Assembly: GCA_003141955.1 (NCBI GenBank)
Contig: PLOC01000035.1
Span: 25,116 to 89,115, forward strand
Direction of reading: 5' to 3'
Length of the DNA: 64,000 nucleotides
Source of the DNA: Chloroflexota bacterium
Lineage (GTDB): Bacteria > Chloroflexota > Limnocylindria > Limnocylindrales > CSP1-4
Below, piece by piece: positions 20,573 through 29,864 of the stretch (position 1 is its first letter; each line of letters opens with the position of its first letter). The notes under the pieces were generated by a model that had not been told where the DNA came from, did no database searches, and worked only from the letters and a program-made list of their open reading frames with translations. Position numbers and translations under genes: made by a program.

Positions 20573-20650
20573 ACGAACAAATGTGCGCACTTTTGCCGCG
20601 GAGCTACCCGTCGTCAGGACTTCCCTCCGCAACAGCCCAAATGGGCGGTC

Positions 20651-21055
20651 TCAGGCTGGCGCGAAGGTCAATAGAACGGTCCGCACAGAGTTGTCCGGAT
20701 TGGGGTCGAGAAGGGCGATCGACTGCCATGCGCCGAGCCTCAAGCGGCCGCCGGCGACGGGCACGGTCAGCGAAGGCGGGGCCAGCAGCGGCAGGACGTG
20801 ATCGGCGCCGTGGCCGGGCGAGCCGTGCCGGTGAGCCCAGTCCGCGCCCCGAGGGAGCAGCCGGTCCAGGGCCGCCATCAAGTCGGCATCGGAGCCCGCG
20901 CCCAGCTCCATCACCACGACCCCGGCCGTGGCATGCGGGACGAAGACGACGAGCAGGCCATCGCCCTCGCCGGCGACCAATCGCTCGCAGTCGGCGGTCA
21001 GATCGTGCAGCCCGCGGTGCCTCCCGGTCTGGACCGTTAGCTCCTGCGTCTTCAC
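20651..21055 (-). CDS. yjbQ: YjbQ/UPF0047 family protein (secondary thiamine-phosphate synthase-like)
   Basis: HATAGVVVMELGAGSDADL...LLP...HRHG...HVLPLL...VPVAGGRLRLGAWQSIALLD fits the UPF0047 pattern. GTG start 13 nt after the ftsA stop. Confidence 0.8.
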   Translation of the reverse strand: MKTQELTVQTGRHRGLHDLTADCERLVAGEGDGLLVVFVPHATAGVVVMELGAGSDADLMAALDRLLPRGADWAHRHGSPGHGADHVLPLLAPPSLTVPVAGGRLRLGAWQSIALLDPNPDNSVRTVLLTFAPA

Positions 21056-21068
21056 GAGCTATCTCGGT

Positions 21069-22301
21069 TCAGGGGAACAGGTGGCGAAGAGCGTCGCGGA
21101 CACGGCCCACCGCTCCTCCCGCCGGCGCGGATTCGTAGCGCGAGCCGTCGGCGCCCTCCAGGCCCCTGGCGCCCCACAGCAGCAGCCCGATGGCGGTGCT
21201 GTAGGCCGGGTTGAGGATGTTGTCCGTGAGTCCGCCGACGTCGGTGGGGCCGGCCACGCGGACCGGCATGTCCAGGACCTCGCGGCCCAGGGCCGCCGCG
21301 CCGCCGAGCTGAGCCGCGCCGCCGGTCAAGACGACACCGGCCGGAAGCATGCCCTCGCCGGCCAATCGGATCTCGGCCCGGAGAAGCTCGAAGGTTTCGC
21401 GCATCCGGGCTTCGATGATCTGGCAGATGTCCAGCCGGCTCACCGTCCGGCCGGCCGGCTCGCCCAGCATCGAGACACTGATCATGTCGTCGGCCCGGAC
21501 GGTCGAAAGGTCGCAGCTGCCGTGCTGGATCTTCAGCTCCTCGGCGACCTGCAGGCTGGTCTTGAGGCCGATCGCCACGTCGTTGGTCACGTTGTTGCCA
21601 CCGACCGGCAGGACCGCGGTCTTGTATGCCTGGCCGTCGATGAACAGCGCAAGGTCGATCGTGCCGGCGCCGATGTCGACGACGGCGACGCCGAGATCAC
21701 GTTCCGTATCGGACAGGACCGCCTCGGCCGAGGCGAGGGAGGCGGCGACGAGCTCGTCGATTTTGACGTTGGCCGACTGGACGCACTTGGCCAGGTTCCG
21801 GACCGCCGTGGCGGAAGCCGTGACGATGTGGGTCTCGATCTCGAGGCGGATGGCGCTCATGCCGAGCGGATCCTTGACCCCCTCCTGGCCATCCACGATG
21901 AAGCCGCGCGGCAGGACGTGCAGCACGTCGCGGTTGGACGGGATCGTGACGGCGCGCGCGACCTCCGTGGCCCGCAGGATGTCCTCGCGCGTCACCTCAC
22001 GGTGGTGGCCGCTTACGGCGACCGCGCCGCGCGAGTTCTGGCTCTCGACGTTCTGACCGCCGACGCCGACGAAGGCGCGGTCGATCTGATAGCCCGAAGA
22101 GCGCTCCGAATGCTCGACGGCGCCGGCGATCGACCGAACCGTCTGCTCGATGTTGACGACGACGGCCTTCTTCAGACCGGCCGACGGCACGACGCCCTTG
22201 CCGACGATGGTCAAGCCGCCATCGCGCCCCACCTCACCGATGAGCGCGCAAACCTTGCTCGTACCGACGTCGATACCGACGAGTACCGCTTCGCGTTCCA
22301 C
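21069..22301 (-). CDS. ftsA: Cell division protein FtsA
   Basis: VGIDVGTSKVCALIGE..., VVDIGAGTIDLALF, GVVLTGGAAQL. GTG preceded by GGAGGACGGAG. Confidence 0.95.
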   Translation of the reverse strand: MEREAVLVGIDVGTSKVCALIGEVGRDGGLTIVGKGVVPSAGLKKAVVVNIEQTVRSIAGAVEHSERSSGYQIDRAFVGVGGQNVESQNSRGAVAVSGHHREVTREDILRATEVARAVTIPSNRDVLHVLPRGFIVDGQEGVKDPLGMSAIRLEIETHIVTASATAVRNLAKCVQSANVKIDELVAASLASAEAVLSDTERDLGVAVVDIGAGTIDLALFIDGQAYKTAVLPVGGNNVTNDVAIGLKTSLQVAEELKIQHGSCDLSTVRADDMISVSMLGEPAGRTVSRLDICQIIEARMRETFELLRAEIRLAGEGMLPAGVVLTGGAAQLGGAAALGREVLDMPVRVAGPTDVGGLTDNILNPAYSTAIGLLLWGARGLEGADGSRYESAPAGGAVGRVRDALRHLFP

Positions 22302-22403
22302 TCGCTCCGTCCTCCGTCGACTATCTCGGTCCGTCTCTCTAGTTTGACCGATCCGGACGCGTCCGACCGGGGCAGTTCGAATGCCTCTGATCGGGCGTTC
22401 CGC

Positions 22404-23624
22404 TCACTTCGCCACGTATGTATTGACATGATTGTCGGCGATGTCCGCCACCAGCCAGACCCAGGCCACGTGCCGCTCGCCGTAGTTGAGCAGCAAGGAC
22501 CGCAAATCGCGAACCTGTGTCGGGATGACCGTGTCCTTGCGCAGGGTCTCCGTGTAGAACCCGAAGTCGGCCACCCAACCGTCTGGGCCGGAACTCAGGG
22601 TGAAGCCGAACTGGTCGTCGAGGACGACGTTCAGGCTCGGCGCGTCGCTGCCGACGTCGGCCGGGGTGATGCCGGCCAGGCGGTAGGCAGCGTCCAGCGC
22701 GATGGGATCGATGACGTCGCCGAGTGTCAGGTCAGCGTCGTCGGCCCGACGATCGTAGACGGTGGGCAGGCTCACTACCTGCGGGCCGGCCGTCGCGGCG
22801 GGGTCGGCGGTCGGCACGGGCAGAAGCGATGGGGCCGTCACCAGGGTCGCGGTCGGGCTGGGCTTCGCCGTCGGCTTCGGCGAGGGGCTGGGCTTCGCCG
22901 TCGGCTTGGGCGTGGGCTTCGGCGTGACCCTGGGCGTGAGTTTGGGCGTCGCCTTCGCCAGCGCCACCCACGCCAGAAGCCGGTTCGGGGCCGGCGCATC
23001 GGCAGCGCCGGCCGTCGCGCTTGCATCAGGAGACGCCGTCGAGGTGGACTGGCCGGCGCTCGAACCGGGCGCGAGGGACCCCGAGGCGTTCGAACCGGAG
23101 GCGCTGGAGCCGGGCGTGCTGGGCGTGCTGGGCGCGCTCACGCTGCCAGGCGGCGGGTAGATGGGATTGCCCACCGAATCCACCTGCCCGAAGAGAAGCC
23201 CGGTGTCGTCGACGACGTAGCGTCGATCGCCGATGACCCAGATCAGCCTGGGCTGACGCTCGACGAGGGTGACGACGATGGTGTCCGGCAGCCTGACCTC
23301 GACCACGGCCGATTCGACCGCCGGCAGCCGGGCGAGCGTCTGCGCGATCCGGTCGGTGCGCAGGCGGAAGAGATTCGGCGAGCCGTCCATGCCCACGATC
23401 CCACTCACGGCCTGCTCGCCGGTGAACTTCGCGCCGTAGACCTCCAGGTGCCGCGCGGCGAAGAGGGGCGAGCCGCCGAGCGAGATGATCGTCAGCACGC
23501 ACAGGAACATCAGCACCAGGGCGTAGATCTGCGTGGCGCGCAGCCGCGGCGTGGCGCGGCGGATCGGCTGGCGCCGGACCTGCATTCCGGTCCGGCGGAG
23601 CGGCAGGTCGGGTCTCATCGGCAT
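22404..23624 (-). CDS. ftsQ: Cell division protein FtsQ/DivIB with a long low-complexity insertion
   Basis: TM segment, then a POTRA-like region (LEVYGAKFT...VESAVVEVRLPDTIVVTLVERQP), an S/T/P/A-rich insert, then the beta domain. Position is between ddl and ftsA. Confidence 0.8.
   Translation of the reverse strand: MPMRPDLPLRRTGMQVRRQPIRRATPRLRATQIYALVLMFLCVLTIISLGGSPLFAARHLEVYGAKFTGEQAVSGIVGMDGSPNLFRLRTDRIAQTLARLPAVESAVVEVRLPDTIVVTLVERQPRLIWVIGDRRYVVDDTGLLFGQVDSVGNPIYPPPGSVSAPSTPSTPGSSASGSNASGSLAPGSSAGQSTSTASPDASATAGAADAPAPNRLLAWVALAKATPKLTPRVTPKPTPKPTAKPSPSPKPTAKPSPTATLVTAPSLLPVPTADPAATAGPQVVSLPTVYDRRADDADLTLGDVIDPIALDAAYRLAGITPADVGSDAPSLNVVLDDQFGFTLSSGPDGWVADFGFYTETLRKDTVIPTQVRDLRSLLLNYGERHVAWVWLVADIADNHVNTYVAK
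22855..22907. repeat. 30-bp-period tandem duplication inside ftsQ
   Basis: GGGCTGGGCTTCGCCGTCGGCTT occurs at 22855-22877 and 22885-22907. It encodes KPTAKPSPSP twice. Confidence 0.85.
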
Positions 23625-23637
23625 CGGTACGGCGCCC

Positions 23638-24801
23638 TCAGCGCGGCAGGTCCGCGGTGGTCAGGCGGCTGCGCACGCGCGACGCCTGACGCTCCTCGGC
23701 CAGCTGCACGATCCGCCGGCACACGGCCCCGAAGCTGCCGAGCCCCGTCGACGCCATCTGCGGAAAGAGGCTGATCGGGGTGAAGCCAGGGATCGTGTTG
23801 ATCTCGTTCAGGTTGAGCTCGTCGCCGGCGAGCAGGAAGTCGACGCGGGCGAAGCCCTCGCAGCCGATCGCGCGATAGGCGTCGAGCGCCAGCGAGCGGA
23901 CTCGCTTGCCGAGCGCCTCGGGGATATCCGCCTTCGGGGTCACCTCGGATACGCCGTCGCTGTACTTGGCCACGTAGTCGTAGAACTCCCGACCCGGGAA
24001 GACCTCGCCCGGCCCGTAGGCTTCCAGGGCAGCCGGGTCGTTGCCGACCACGGCGACCTCGAGCTCGCGCGGGTGATCGAGATAGCGCTCGACGATCGCC
24101 AGGCTGTCGAACCGGAAGGCCTCATCGAGGGCCCGCCCGCGCTCGGCCGGCGCATGTGCGATCGACATCCCCACCGACGATCCCATGCGGGCCGGCTTGA
24201 CCATCAGCCGCCGCTCGTTGCATTGCTCGGAAAAGGCGGCGATCTCGTCGAGGACGGCCTGACGGGCGCCGGCCCACCGTGGCGCCGTGACCTCCACCCA
24301 TTCCACGACCGGCATGCCCAGGCCGCGGACGAGGCGCTTGAACACGGCCTTGTCCATCCCGACGGCCGAGGCGGCCACGCCGGCACCGGCGTAGGCGAGG
24401 TCGTAGGCCTCGAGCAGCGCCTGGACGGTGCCGTCCTCGCCAAACGGACCGTGCAGCGCGGGAAAGACGATCGGAGCGACGGGGCGCGAGGCGATGCGGT
24501 CGAGAGCCTCGCCGGGCTGCCACGGACCCCTGGCGCCAATGGCGGCGGGGTCGTCGAACGTGCCGGGGCGGGGCCGGCCCGAGGCCGCCGTGGCCGGAAC
24601 CTGCCACCACCGGCCCGACAGGTCGATGAAGAATCGCTCCACGGCGTATCCGGAATCAGCCAGGGCATCGGCGATCGCCCAACCGGAGACGACCGAGACG
24701 TCGTGCTCGGCCGAGGGTCCGCCGAGCAGCACTGCGACTGCCTTGCCTTCCTTGCGACGATCGGTCGTGCGCGACTTCGGGTCGGTCATGTCGCCGCTCA
24801 T
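23638..24801 (-). CDS. ddl: D-alanine--D-alanine ligase
   Basis: VAVLLGGPSAEHDVSVVSG, HGPFGEDGTVQ, EINTIPGFT. The ATG at 24801 makes an ATGA overlap with the murB stop and has a GGAGGAGAG SD. Confidence 0.93.
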   Translation of the reverse strand: MSGDMTDPKSRTTDRRKEGKAVAVLLGGPSAEHDVSVVSGWAIADALADSGYAVERFFIDLSGRWWQVPATAASGRPRPGTFDDPAAIGARGPWQPGEALDRIASRPVAPIVFPALHGPFGEDGTVQALLEAYDLAYAGAGVAASAVGMDKAVFKRLVRGLGMPVVEWVEVTAPRWAGARQAVLDEIAAFSEQCNERRLMVKPARMGSSVGMSIAHAPAERGRALDEAFRFDSLAIVERYLDHPRELEVAVVGNDPAALEAYGPGEVFPGREFYDYVAKYSDGVSEVTPKADIPEALGKRVRSLALDAYRAIGCEGFARVDFLLAGDELNLNEINTIPGFTPISLFPQMASTGLGSFGAVCRRIVQLAEERQASRVRSRLTTADLPR

Positions 24802-25859
24802 CTCTCCTCCTGCTGCCAGTCGGACCAATCCCCCATGAACTGAACCTCGTATACCAGCTCGACTCCGAACCTGCGCGCGACTTCCGCCCTGGCGATCTCC
24901 GCCAGGCGACGCACGTCGACGGCGGTGGCCCCCCGGTCGTTGACGATGAAGTTGGCGTGCCGCTCACTGATCGCGGCGCCACCGACACGCGCACCCTTGA
25001 GACGGGCCGCATCGATGAGGCGACCGGCCGAGTCGCCCGGCGGGTTGCGGAAGATGCTGCCGGCGCTCGGCAGGTTGAGGGGCTGATGCTCCCGGCGCCA
25101 GCGGCGGATCTCGTCGATACGAACCTTGATCGCCACCGGATCTGCCGGCGCGAGGCCGAACGAGACCGCCAGGACGATCTCCGCGGGAGCCGAGAGGCCG
25201 GCGGCCGACGCGGCGTCGGCCCAAAGGGCGCTCCCCTGCCCCGCCGGATGCTTAAGCCGGCTGTCGCGGTAAGCCAGCCCGAGCGCCGCGGCCGGCTCGT
25301 CCGCTTCCGTGCCGTCGCCGCGCAGGATGCGGGCCGACTCGAGCACGGCGGCGACATCGGAACCGTGGGCGCCGGCGTTGGCCCAGACAGCGCCGCCGAC
25401 CGTGCCGGGGATGGCCAGGCCGAATTCCAGCCCTGCCAAGCCGGCGCGCTGAGCGAGCGTCGCGGCGCGAGCCAGGGGCACGCCCGCTTCGGCGATGAGG
25501 CGGTTGCCCTCCACGCGGCAGCCCTCCGCGCGCGAGAGGATCGCCAGGCCGCGGATGCCGGCGTCGCTGACGATGAGATTGCTGCCGCGACCGATGACGA
25601 CATGAGGCAGCCCCGCCCCGCGGGCGAAACGAACCAGCGCGGCGAGCTGGACGGCGTCGTGGGCGACCGCCAGTAGATCCGCCGGGCCGCCGACGCGCAT
25701 CGTCGTGTAGCGGGAGAGCGGTTCGTCGCGGCGCGCCCTTACACCGGCGGTCCGCGCGATCTCGGCGGCGACGGCTGCCCAGCCGCCGGCTGCCGGCGCG
25801 GCCCTACCGCCCGCCACGGCCCGGGCCGTGGCCCCGCCAGTGCCTCGCGTGCCCGTCAT
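24798..25859 (-). CDS. murB: UDP-N-acetylenolpyruvoylglucosamine reductase
   Basis: Internal ATG of ORF 24798..26774. LSRYTTMRVGGPADLL, IGRGSNLI, IPGTVGGAVWANAGAHG, PSAGSIFRNP. ATGA overlap with the murG stop. Confidence 0.93.
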   Translation of the reverse strand: MTGTRGTGGATARAVAGGRAAPAAGGWAAVAAEIARTAGVRARRDEPLSRYTTMRVGGPADLLAVAHDAVQLAALVRFARGAGLPHVVIGRGSNLIVSDAGIRGLAILSRAEGCRVEGNRLIAEAGVPLARAATLAQRAGLAGLEFGLAIPGTVGGAVWANAGAHGSDVAAVLESARILRGDGTEADEPAAALGLAYRDSRLKHPAGQGSALWADAASAAGLSAPAEIVLAVSFGLAPADPVAIKVRIDEIRRWRREHQPLNLPSAGSIFRNPPGDSAGRLIDAARLKGARVGGAAISERHANFIVNDRGATAVDVRRLAEIARAEVARRFGVELVYEVQFMGDWSDWQQEER

Positions 25860-27007
25860 GAGTGCGCTCCCCTGGAGATCGCGTCGATCGCCCCCGGCTC
25901 CGGGAAGCGGCGCCGTTCCGCGGCAGCCATCACCAGCTCCGCGACCGCGTCCGCCGCGCCGGGCCGCGCCAGCGACCGAGCGGCCGCCGCCATGGCGGCG
26001 CTCTGTGCAGGATCGTCGAGGATGGCGGCGGCGGCCATGAGAGCCTCCGCGTCGAAGGCCTCGTCCTCCACGAGTCGCGCCGCACCGGCGCGGACCATCT
26101 CCTCCGCGTTGTGGCGCTGATGGCCGCCGGCATGCGGATAGGGCACCACGACCATCGGCAGGCCAAAGGCCGCGACCTCCGCCAGCGTCGAGGAGCCCGC
26201 CCGCCCCACGACCAGATCGGCCGCGGCGAGAGCCGCAGCCATCTCGTCGCCCAGGAACCGCTCCGGACGGTATCGGTCGCGCAGCTCCGGCGGCAGTGCA
26301 GCCCTCGCCGCGACCGCCGCGTCGAACCCGGCGTCGCCGGTCACGTGCAGGACTCGCGCCCGCTCGACCAGTCCGGGCAGGGCTTCGACGACCGCCAGAT
26401 TGAAGCGCCGCACCGCCTGCGACCCGCCGAAGATCAGGAGCAGCCGCTCGCTCGGTCCCACGCCCAGCTGTGCGCGCGCGACAGCGCGATCCACGGCGCC
26501 GGGGTTTCGGATCGGCGTCCCGGTCAGAAAACAGGGTGTCCGTCCGCCGATGGCCCGGCACGTGGCTTCGAAGCTGACGGTCAAGCAGCGCGCCATCCGG
26601 GCAGTCCAGCGGACGCTTCGCCCCGGGATGACATTGCCGTCCCACATCACCACCGGGATGCGCAGCAGGCCTGCCCCGACCAGGACCGGCACGGCCACGT
26701 ATCCGCCGGTCGTGAAGATGGCCGCGGGGCGCCGCGCGATCAGCATCGCCATCGCCTGCGGCATCGACACGCACAGCCGGACTGGATCGACCACGGCGTG
26801 GATGTCGAAGTCGACCGTCCGGAGCGAGCGCAGCGCCAGGCGCCGGAGCGGAATCCCCGCCTCCGGGACGACCTGGGACTCCAGGCCGCGATGCCCGCCG
26901 ATCCAGGCCAGCTCAGGCGCGGCTGGTCGGGCCTGCAACGATCGAGCCACCGCGAGAGCCGGGTAGATATGTCCGCCCGTACCCCCGCCCGCGATCAGCA
27001 GACGCAT
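25856..27007 (-). CDS. murG: Undecaprenyldiphospho-muramoylpentapeptide beta-N-acetylglucosaminyltransferase
   Basis: MRLLIAGGGTGGHIYPALAVA..., FTTGGYV, GRAGSSTLAE, PYPHAGGHQRHNA. Confidence 0.95.
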   Translation of the reverse strand: MRLLIAGGGTGGHIYPALAVARSLQARPAAPELAWIGGHRGLESQVVPEAGIPLRRLALRSLRTVDFDIHAVVDPVRLCVSMPQAMAMLIARRPAAIFTTGGYVAVPVLVGAGLLRIPVVMWDGNVIPGRSVRWTARMARCLTVSFEATCRAIGGRTPCFLTGTPIRNPGAVDRAVARAQLGVGPSERLLLIFGGSQAVRRFNLAVVEALPGLVERARVLHVTGDAGFDAAVAARAALPPELRDRYRPERFLGDEMAAALAAADLVVGRAGSSTLAEVAAFGLPMVVVPYPHAGGHQRHNAEEMVRAGAARLVEDEAFDAEALMAAAAILDDPAQSAAMAAAARSLARPGAADAVAELVMAAAERRRFPEPGAIDAISRGAHS

Positions 27008-28268
27008 TGACCCAACCTCGCTCCACGGTTTCCCGAGAGATGGACAGCAGGATCCCCACCGCCGCGAAGCTCACCACGAGCGACGAGCCGCCCTGCGACA
27101 CGAACGGAAGGGTGATGCCGGTGACCGGCACCAGCATCAGGACGACGCAGATGTGGATGATCGCCTGGACGCAGATCCAGGCCGTCACCCCCGCCGCCAG
27201 CAACCCGCCGAAGGTGTCCGGCGCCCGAAGAGCGGTCCGGATCCCGCCCCAGGCAATGGCGACGAACAGCCCGATGACGACCAGGCCGCCAACGAAGCCG
27301 AGCTCCTGGCCGATGACCGAGAAGATGAAGTCGTTGTAGCTGTAGGGCACGATGACCTTGTCGTTCCCGAGGCCGGTGCCAAAAAGGCCGCCGGCCGACA
27401 GAGCCTCCAGGCCGCTGATCGTTTGCGCGCCGCTTCCATTCGGATCGGCCCACGGGTCGAGGAAGGCCTGGATCCGTGTGAGCGGGTACGTGCCGAGGGA
27501 CAGCACCAGGAAAACGCCACCGGCGACGCCACCGGCGAGCGCCATCCCCAGGTGGAAGAGCCGCGCTCCCGCGACGAAGAAGAGCGTCAGGGCGATGGCC
27601 ACGATGACGCTCGTCGTCCCGATGTCGGGCTCACGGGCGATCAGCACAAGAAACGGCACGACGATGATCCAGAACGGCACCGTGCCGTGGAAGAAGCTCC
27701 GTATCTGGGTGCCGCGTGTCGCCAGCCAGTGCGAAAGGTAGACGACCAGGGCGAGCTTGGCGACCTCCGCGGGGTGGATCTCGAAGAACGGGCCTAGCTG
27801 GATCCATCGCGACGCGCCGTTGTACGACGCCCCGAACCACGGGATCAGGACGGCGACCAGCAGCGCCAGGGCCGCGATCGCCAGCACCAGGCTGACCTTG
27901 CGCAGGTACCGATAGTCGACGCGAGCCAGGACGATCATGGTCGCCAGTCCGGCCAGCCCGGCCCCGATCTGCGGCGCCACCATCTGGAAGGCATTCCGGC
28001 TGAGGGCGTACGAGTGGATGGCCGAGGCCGAGTAGACCATCAGGATGCCGACCGAGGCCAGGGCCACGACGGCAACGACGATCACCCAATCGGGATCGTG
28101 GAGTTCTCTCTTGGGCCCGCCCTTTGGTGCCAGGGCATTCGGTCGAACGGCCGGCGGTCGAACCGGCAGATCCCTCGCGCCGGATCTCCGCCCGCCAGCG
28201 CGACTGAGCCGCTCCATCTCAACGGGTTCGCGGCGGCGGTCGGCGGGGACGGATCCGAGATTCCTCAT
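26913..28268 (-). CDS. ftsW: SEDS peptidoglycan polymerase FtsW
   Basis: Internal ATG of ORF 26913..29438 (ATGA overlap with the murD stop). LMVYSAS, RWIQLGPFFEIHPAEVAKL, EPDIGT, NDFIFSVIGQELGF, PFVSQGGSS. The C-terminal tail overlaps murG by 95 nt. Confidence 0.9.
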   Translation of the reverse strand: MRNLGSVPADRRREPVEMERLSRAGGRRSGARDLPVRPPAVRPNALAPKGGPKRELHDPDWVIVVAVVALASVGILMVYSASAIHSYALSRNAFQMVAPQIGAGLAGLATMIVLARVDYRYLRKVSLVLAIAALALLVAVLIPWFGASYNGASRWIQLGPFFEIHPAEVAKLALVVYLSHWLATRGTQIRSFFHGTVPFWIIVVPFLVLIAREPDIGTTSVIVAIALTLFFVAGARLFHLGMALAGGVAGGVFLVLSLGTYPLTRIQAFLDPWADPNGSGAQTISGLEALSAGGLFGTGLGNDKVIVPYSYNDFIFSVIGQELGFVGGLVVIGLFVAIAWGGIRTALRAPDTFGGLLAAGVTAWICVQAIIHICVVLMLVPVTGITLPFVSQGGSSLVVSFAAVGILLSISRETVERGWVNASADRGRGYGRTYLPGSRGGSIVAGPTSRA

Positions 28269-29857
28269 CGACTTGGCTCCCCCGCCGCCCGGCGCCTGGC
28301 GATGGCTTCCACGGCAGCTCGGAAGGCCGCGCCCCGGGCGGAGTAGTCCGCGAACATGTCGAAGCTGGCCGCCGCCGGACTCAGCAGCACGGTCGCCGGT
28401 CCCGGGGCGGCCTGGCCACCCGCACCTGCCTGAGCCGGCCGTGCCGCCCGCGCTGCCAGCGCCTCGCGGGCGATTGCATCCGCCAGGTCCACCGCCTCCT
28501 GGAGACTGGCGGCCTGCTCGACGCGGGCCACGCCGCTCTTGCGAAACAGGTCGGCCAGCGACGGGCCCGACTCGCCGATCAACACGGCCGCGTCCGCCCT
28601 CGCTGCCGCGACCGGACCCAGACCGGACAGATCCACGCCCTTGTCGCGCCCGCCGGCGATCAGCACGAGCGGCCGCGGGAACGCCCGCAGGGCCGCGATG
28701 ACCGCGTCCGGCTGCGTCCCCTGCGAGTCGTTGATGAAGCGCACGCCGCCGACGGTCGCCACCTGCTCGAGGCGGTGCTCCACCCCGGCAAATGCGGCGG
28801 CGGCGCGGCGGATCTTCCCGGCGGAGAGGCCGAACAAGAGCGCCACGGCGGCGGCGGCGAGGGCATTGGAGACGTTGTGGTCGCCGGGGATCGCGAGCTC
28901 GGAGATCGGCATGATCCGGCCGCTCCGTCCCACCTGCGCCGCGCCGCCGCCGGCGAGGGGCAGCCGTTCCACGCCCGCGGCCACGATCCAGCCGTCTTCC
29001 ACGCCCAGACCGCCCGGCAGCGGCCGCTCGCGCCGGTACGTCACGACCGGTGCCGTGCGCAGCTCGGCTAACGCGGCCGCGACGGGGTCCTCGGCGTTGA
29101 GGACGAGTGCGCCGGCAGGATCGACCAGCTCGGCCAGGCGCCGCTTCACCGCCCGGTAGGCGGCCACGGAGCCGTGGCGGTCGAGATGATCTGAGGTGAC
29201 GTTCGTGTACACGGCCACCGTCGTCCCGCGAGAGAGCGTCGGCAGCTGGAGCTCGGAGAGCTCGATGACCACCCGGTGCTCGGGCGTGAGCTCGGTCAAT
29301 CGCTCGACGAGCGGGATCCCGATGTTGCCGCCCAGGATCGCCGGGTGCGCCCGATCCTGGGTCAGCAGCGCCGCGGTCAGCGACGAGGTCGTCGTCTTGC
29401 CCTTCGTGCCCGTGATCCCGATGGTCGGGCAGGGGCACATCCGCAGGACGAGGTCGGTCTCGCTCACCAGCGCCGGCGCCCCGCGAGGATCGGCTCGGTG
29501 GGCCTCGACCAGCCGGCCAAGCGCGGCTCGGAGCCGGGGCTCGGCCGTCGGGAAGTTCGGGTTGATGCTCGGGGAGGTCGCGACCAGATCGGCCGAGGCC
29601 CAGGCGCCGGCCGGCTCGACTTCGGGCCCGAGCGCCAGGTCGATCGGTCGCCCGCCGAGGGCATCGATCGCCGATCGCAGCTCGGCAGTCCTTCTGCCGT
29701 CGTAGACCGTTACGTGAGCTCCGGCATCGGCGAAGAAGCGCGCCATCGCGATCCCGCTGCGGGCCAGGCCCAGCACCGTGACCGACCGACCGTCGAGCGC
29801 GCCCTCGCGGACGCCCGCGGCGGTCAGGCGATCGAGATCGACGATGCGGCTGTTCAT
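28265..29857 (-). CDS. murD: UDP-N-acetylmuramoylalanine--D-glutamate ligase
   Basis: VLGLARSGIAMARF, ITGTKGKTTTSSL, NDSQGTQPDA, and its dcw position. Confidence 0.93.
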   Translation of the reverse strand: MNSRIVDLDRLTAAGVREGALDGRSVTVLGLARSGIAMARFFADAGAHVTVYDGRRTAELRSAIDALGGRPIDLALGPEVEPAGAWASADLVATSPSINPNFPTAEPRLRAALGRLVEAHRADPRGAPALVSETDLVLRMCPCPTIGITGTKGKTTTSSLTAALLTQDRAHPAILGGNIGIPLVERLTELTPEHRVVIELSELQLPTLSRGTTVAVYTNVTSDHLDRHGSVAAYRAVKRRLAELVDPAGALVLNAEDPVAAALAELRTAPVVTYRRERPLPGGLGVEDGWIVAAGVERLPLAGGGAAQVGRSGRIMPISELAIPGDHNVSNALAAAAVALLFGLSAGKIRRAAAAFAGVEHRLEQVATVGGVRFINDSQGTQPDAVIAALRAFPRPLVLIAGGRDKGVDLSGLGPVAAARADAAVLIGESGPSLADLFRKSGVARVEQAASLQEAVDLADAIAREALAARAARPAQAGAGGQAAPGPATVLLSPAAASFDMFADYSARGAAFRAAVEAIARRRAAGEPSR

Positions 29858-29864
29858 TGACTGC

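Noticed and set aside
20928-23774. Very long ORFs antisense to known genes (for example 20928..23774, 7841..9847, 906..2030, 45731..47674, 48711..50528, 60276..61802, 37507..39087)
   Set aside because: Their translations are Arg/Gly/Pro/Ala-rich with no motifs. They lie opposite genes with unmistakable homology patterns. These are typical stop-codon-poor shadow frames of high-GC DNA.
24798-29438. Over-long track ORFs for murB (658 aa), ftsW (841 aa), and likewise rsmH, icd, iorB, RNase H, mce and the ABC-2 permease
   Set aside because: The extra N-terminal parts overlap the upstream gene in another frame. Canonical N-termini with ATGA/GTGA overlaps or SD motifs lie at the internal starts I used.
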